64,000 nucleotides of DNA from Sphyrna mokarran (Eukaryota), in contig JAGIQG010000009.1 of NCBI GenBank assembly GCA_024679065.1, positions 85,746,001 to 85,810,000 on the forward strand, written 5' to 3'. The notes under the pieces are model-generated. The model did not search any database, was not told where the DNA came from, and saw nothing but the letters and a program-made list of their open reading frames with translations. How positions within the stretch are numbered: position 1 is the first letter of the stretch; each line of letters begins with the position of its first letter. Shown in pieces: positions 59,401 to 64,000 of this stretch. The position numbers and the translations under genes are program-made.

Positions 59401-60625
59401 CTGGGGCCTCTCTCCCATCAGTCCCTCATTGGGGCCTCTCTCCCATCAGTCCCTCACTCTGGGGCCTCTCTCTCTCCTCAGTCCCTCACTCCTTGGCCTT
59501 CTCCCCTCACTGCCTCATTCTCTCCTCAGTCCCTCACTCTGTGCTCTCCCATCAGTCCCTCACTCTGGGCCTCTCTCCCATCAGTCCCTCACTCTGGGCC
59601 TCTCTCCCATCAGTCCCTCACTCTGGGCCTCTCTCCTATCAGTCCCTCACTCTGGGGCCTCTCTCCTCTCACTCTAGGTCTTCCCCCCTCCAGTCCCTCA
59701 CTCTTAGTCCCTTCCCCCATCAGGTCATCTCTCTCCCATCAGTCCCTCACTCTGGGGCTCTCTCCCTCAGTCCCTCACTCTGGGGCCTCTCTCCCATCAG
59801 TCCCTCACTCTGAGTCTTCCCTCCCCTCAGTCTGGGGCCACTCTGTGCCTTCAGTCCCTCACTCTGGGGCCTCTCTCCCCAGTCCCTCACTCTGGGGCCT
59901 CTCTCCCATCAGTCCCTCACTCTGGGGCCTCTCTCCCATCAGTCCCTCACTCTGGGGCCTCTCCTCCTTCAGTCCTCACTCTGGGGCCTCTCTCCCCAGT
60001 CCTCACTCTGGGGCCTCTCTCCCCATCAGTCCCTCACTCTGGGGCCTCTCTCCCATCAGTCCTCACTCTGGGGCCTCTCTCCCCATCAGTCCCTCACTCT
60101 GGGGCCTCTCTCCCTCAGTCCCTCACTCTGGGGCCTCTCTCCCCACAGTCCCTCACTCTGGGGCCTCTCTCCCCAGTCCCTCACTCTGGGGCCTCTCTCC
60201 CTCAGTCCCTCACTCTGGGGCCTCTCTCCTCCATCAGCCTCACTCTGGGGCCTCTCTCCCTCAGTCCCTCACTCTGGGGCCTCTCTCCCTCAGTCCCTCA
60301 CTCTGGGGCCTCTCTCCCATCAGTCCCTCACTCTGGGGCCTCTCTCCTCATCAGTCCCTCACTCTGGGGCCTCTCTCCCATCAGTCCCTCACTCTGGGGC
60401 CTCTCTCCCCAGTCCCACTCTGGGCCTCTCTCCCATCAGTCCCTCACTCTGGGGCCTCTCTCCCATCAGTCCCTCACTCTGGGGCCTCTCTCCCATCAGT
60501 CCTCACTCTGGGGCTCTCTCTCTCCATCAGTCCCTCACTCTGGGGCCTCTCTCCTCCATCAGTCCCTCACTCTGGGGCCTCTCTCCCATCAGTCCCTCAC
60601 TCTGGGGCCTCTCTCTCCCCCAGTT
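56490..60625. repeat. 30-bp minisatellite, about 135-140 copies
   Basis: Unit CAGTCCCTCACTCTGGGGCCTCTCTCCCAT; homogeneous core with degenerate edges. Confidence 0.97.
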
Positions 60626-60626
60626 C

Positions 60627-63600
60627 ATAGAACATAGAACATAGAACATAGAACAATACAGCACAGAACAGGCCCTTCGGCCTTCGATGTTGTGCCGACC
60701 AAAATAAAAAGCAATGCCCCTCCTAACTAAACCATTCCCTTATCATCCATATACTTATCAACTAACCTCTTAAACGCCACCAAACTTGGCGCATCTACAA
60801 CAGCTGCAGGCAGGGCATTCCACTCCCTAATCACTCTTTGAGTAAAGAACCTACCTCTGATATCCGTCCTATAACTCATACCCCTTAATTTAAAGTTGTG
60901 TCCCCTCGTGCTAGCTTTTTCCATCCTAGGAAAAAGGCTATCACTGTCCACCCTATCCAAACCTCTAATTATCTTATATGTTTCAATAAGATCCCCCCTT
61001 AGCCGCCTCCTTTCTAACGAAAACAACCTCAAATCCTTCAACCTCTCTTCATAGGACCTGCCCTCCATACCAGGCAACATCCTAGTAAACCTCCTCTGTA
61101 CCCTCTCCAATGCCTCCACATCTTTCTTATAATGTGGCGACCAGAACTGCACACAATACTCCAAGTGCGGCCGCACTAGAGTTTTGTACAGCTGCAACCT
61201 GATGCTGCGGCTCCTAAATTCAATCCCCCTACCAATAAAAGCTAAGACTCCATAAGCCTTCTTAACAACTTTATCCACTTGACTGCCTACTTTCAGGGAT
61301 CTATTGACACATACACCAAGATCCTTCTGTTCCTCAACACTATTAAGAGCCCTACCATTAGCCCTATACTCTACACATTTATTGTTCCTGCCAAAGTGCA
61401 TTACCTCACACTTTTCCACATTAAACTCCATTGCCACCTCTCGGCCCAGCTCTGCAACTTGTCCAAGTCACTCTGTAAACTAAAACACCCCTCTTCACTA
61501 TCTACCACACCACCAACTTTAGTATCATCTGCAAATTTACTGATCCATCCCTCAATACCCTCATCCAGATCATTTATAAAAATTACAAACAGCAGGGGCC
61601 CCAAAACAGACCCGAGGCACACCACTCGTCACCGAACTCCACGATGAAAATCTCCCATCAACCACCACCCTCTGTCTTCTATCTGCCAGCCAATTTCTAA
61701 TCCAATTAGCTAAATCACCCTCTATTCCACACATCTGCATTTTCTGTAGAAGTCTTCCATGGGCCACCTTATCAAAAGCCTTACTAAAGTCCATATATAC
61801 TACATCAACCGCCTTACCCCCATCCACCTCTCTGGTCACTTTCTCAAAAAACTCAATGAGGTTAGTAAGGCATGACCTACCCTTCACGAAACCATGCTGA
61901 CTAAATCCCCCCCCAAAAAAAAAAAAAACAAAAAAAAAACATTCATTTCTCTCTAAATAACTATAAATCCAATCCCTAATAATTCTCTCCATACCTTGCC
62001 CACACAGAAGTAAAACTCACTGGCCTATAATTCCCAGGAAGTTCTCTCTTCCCCTTCTTAAACAATGGGACCACATTCGCCATCCTCCAGTCCTCCGGAA
62101 CCACACCCGTAACCAACGAGGACCTGAAGATCAGAGCCAGAGGCTCTGCAATCTCCTCTCTTGCCTCCCAGAGAATCCTAGGGTAAATCCCGTCCGGCCC
62201 AGGGGACTTATCCAACTTCAAACCCCGAGAATTTCTAACACATCCTCCCTCATCTACTACAATACTCCCCAATTTGCACCCCTGTACCTCAGTGCTCTCC
62301 ACAGCTACATTTCCAGCACTCTGCGTGAATACCGAAGAGAAATTTACAAAAATTATTCAGTGCTCACCAATCTCTTCAGGCTCCACTCACAACTTCCCAC
62401 TGCTGTCTATGACTGGCCCTAATCTTGCCCTAACCAATCTTCTATTCTTAACATATCGAAAGAAAGCTTTAGGATTCTCCTTAATCCTATCAGCCAACAT
62501 CTTCTCGTGTCCCCTCTTAGCTCTCCTCAATTCACTTTTTACCTCCTTCCTAGCTAATCTATAGCTATCCATTGCACTACCTGAGCCTTCAAGCCTCATC
62601 CTGACATAAGCCTCCTTTTTCTTCTTAACCAGCAAATCAACTCTTTTCGTACACCAAGGCTCTCTTACTCGTCCATTTCCTCCCTGCCTGACAGGGACAT
62701 ACTTATCAAGGACTCGCAGCAGCTGCTCCTTGAATAAGCACCACATTCCAGATGTTCCCAGTCCCTGTAGTTCCCTAGTCCAATCTATGCACCCTAATTC
62801 TCTCCTGATGGCCTCATAATTACCCTTCCCCCAGCTATAACTACTGCCCCCAGCTTCATGCCTATCCCTATCCATCACTAAGGTGAACGTAACCGAATTG
62901 TGGTCACTATCACCAAAATGTTCACTAACTTCCAAGCCTAACACCTGGTCTGGCTCATTGCCCAGCACCAAATCCAATGTAGCCTCACCTCTAGTTGGCC
63001 TATCTACATACTGAGTCAAAAAACCTTCCTGCACACTCTGTACGAAAACTGACCCCTCTAACGAGCTAGAGCTATAGCTATTCCAATCAATATTAGCAAA
63101 GTTAAAGTCCCCCATCACAATTACCCTACTACTTTCACTCCTAATCAGAATTGACTTCGCAATCCTTTCCTCAACCTCTCTAGAACTATTAGGAGGTCTG
63201 TAAAAGACTCCCAACAGGGTGACCTCTCCTCTCCTGTTTCTAATATCAGCCCATACTACCTCAACAGACAAGTCCTCATCAAACTTCTTTTCGATCACCG
63301 TGATACAGTCTTTGACCAGTAACGCCACTCCTCCCCCCCTTCTACCCCCTTCTCTACTCCGACTAAAGCATTTGTACCCCGGAACCTGCAACATCCATTC
63401 CTGTCCCTGCTCTACCCAAGTCTCTGAAATGGCCACAACATCGAAGTTCCAGGTACTGGTCCAAGCTGCAAGTTCCTCCCCCTTATTGCGAATACTCCTT
63501 GCATTAAAGTATACGCATCTCAAACCATGCCCCACCCCACCCGTACGCCGCTGTGTTTTACAACTCTCCTCTATAACCCCCTTACTCTCATCCCTCTCAG

Positions 63601-64000
63601 CACCCCAACTACTTAGGATCCCACCCCCCCCCCCGAATCAGTTTAAAGCCCCCATCATAGCCTTAGCAAATTTTCCCCCCAAGATATTAGTCCCCCTCTG
63701 GTTCAGGTGTAGACCATCTCTCTTGAAGAGGTCCCACCTATCCCAGAATGAGTCCCAATTGTTAAGGAACCTGAACCCTTCCCTCCTGCACCATCCACGC
63801 AGCCATGAGTTCAAACTATCCCTTTCTCTGTTCATCTCTAAACTATCTCTTGGCACAGGCAAGAGTCCAGAGATAACCACTCTGCCTGTTATGGACCTAA
63901 GCTTCCACCCTAACTCCATAAATTTCTGTTTAATATCCCCTTCCCTTGTCCTACCTACATCATGTGTCCCCACATGAACAATGACTTGGGGCTGACTCCC
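60627..64000 (-). mobile_element. CR1 family A, near full-length (continues past the window end), with frameshifts
   Basis: (ATAGAAC)n tail; ORF2 pieces 60727-63535; ORF1 C-terminus 63638-63973. Confidence 0.95.

Noticed and set aside
56717-60630. 986-aa, 1260-aa and 476-aa ORFs
   Set aside because: They are translations of the stop-free 30-bp minisatellite, start at non-ATG codons and drift between repeat phases; no evidence of protein coding.
61903-61940. Poly-C/poly-A insertion inside a CR1 ORF2
   Set aside because: It lies in an indel-rich stretch and looks like a low-quality consensus or homopolymer artefact.

Overview
Eukaryotic genomic DNA, almost certainly from a cartilaginous fish (shark), inside the MHC class I region, with one 100-N scaffold gap at 35566-35665. 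Two host genes lie on the minus strand. (1) A complete classical MHC class I heavy-chain gene (UAA-like): 7 coding exons that I assembled by hand from 53442 to 38829 (343 aa, all introns GT-AG phase 1, all peptide-anchoring residues kept). (2) About 23 kb downstream, the first coding exon of a TAP2-like peptide transporter (15454-14917). Most of the rest is retroelements: several CR1-clade LINE families, including one apparently intact full-length copy in a nested stack; rearranged Penelope-like elements; tRNA-derived V-SINEs; and two large minisatellites (38-bp and 30-bp units). The most notable unexplained structures are a tandem pair of perfectly spaced S-X-Y modules in the class I promoter, a distal ATF-IRF-NF-kB-NF-kB cluster, CR1 families carrying a captured V-SINE in their 3' UTR, an in-frame coding VNTR in TAP2, and an ORF1-TGA-ORF2 in-frame junction with no AUG for ORF2. 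Exon and motif coordinates were counted by hand; repeat boundaries are approximate.
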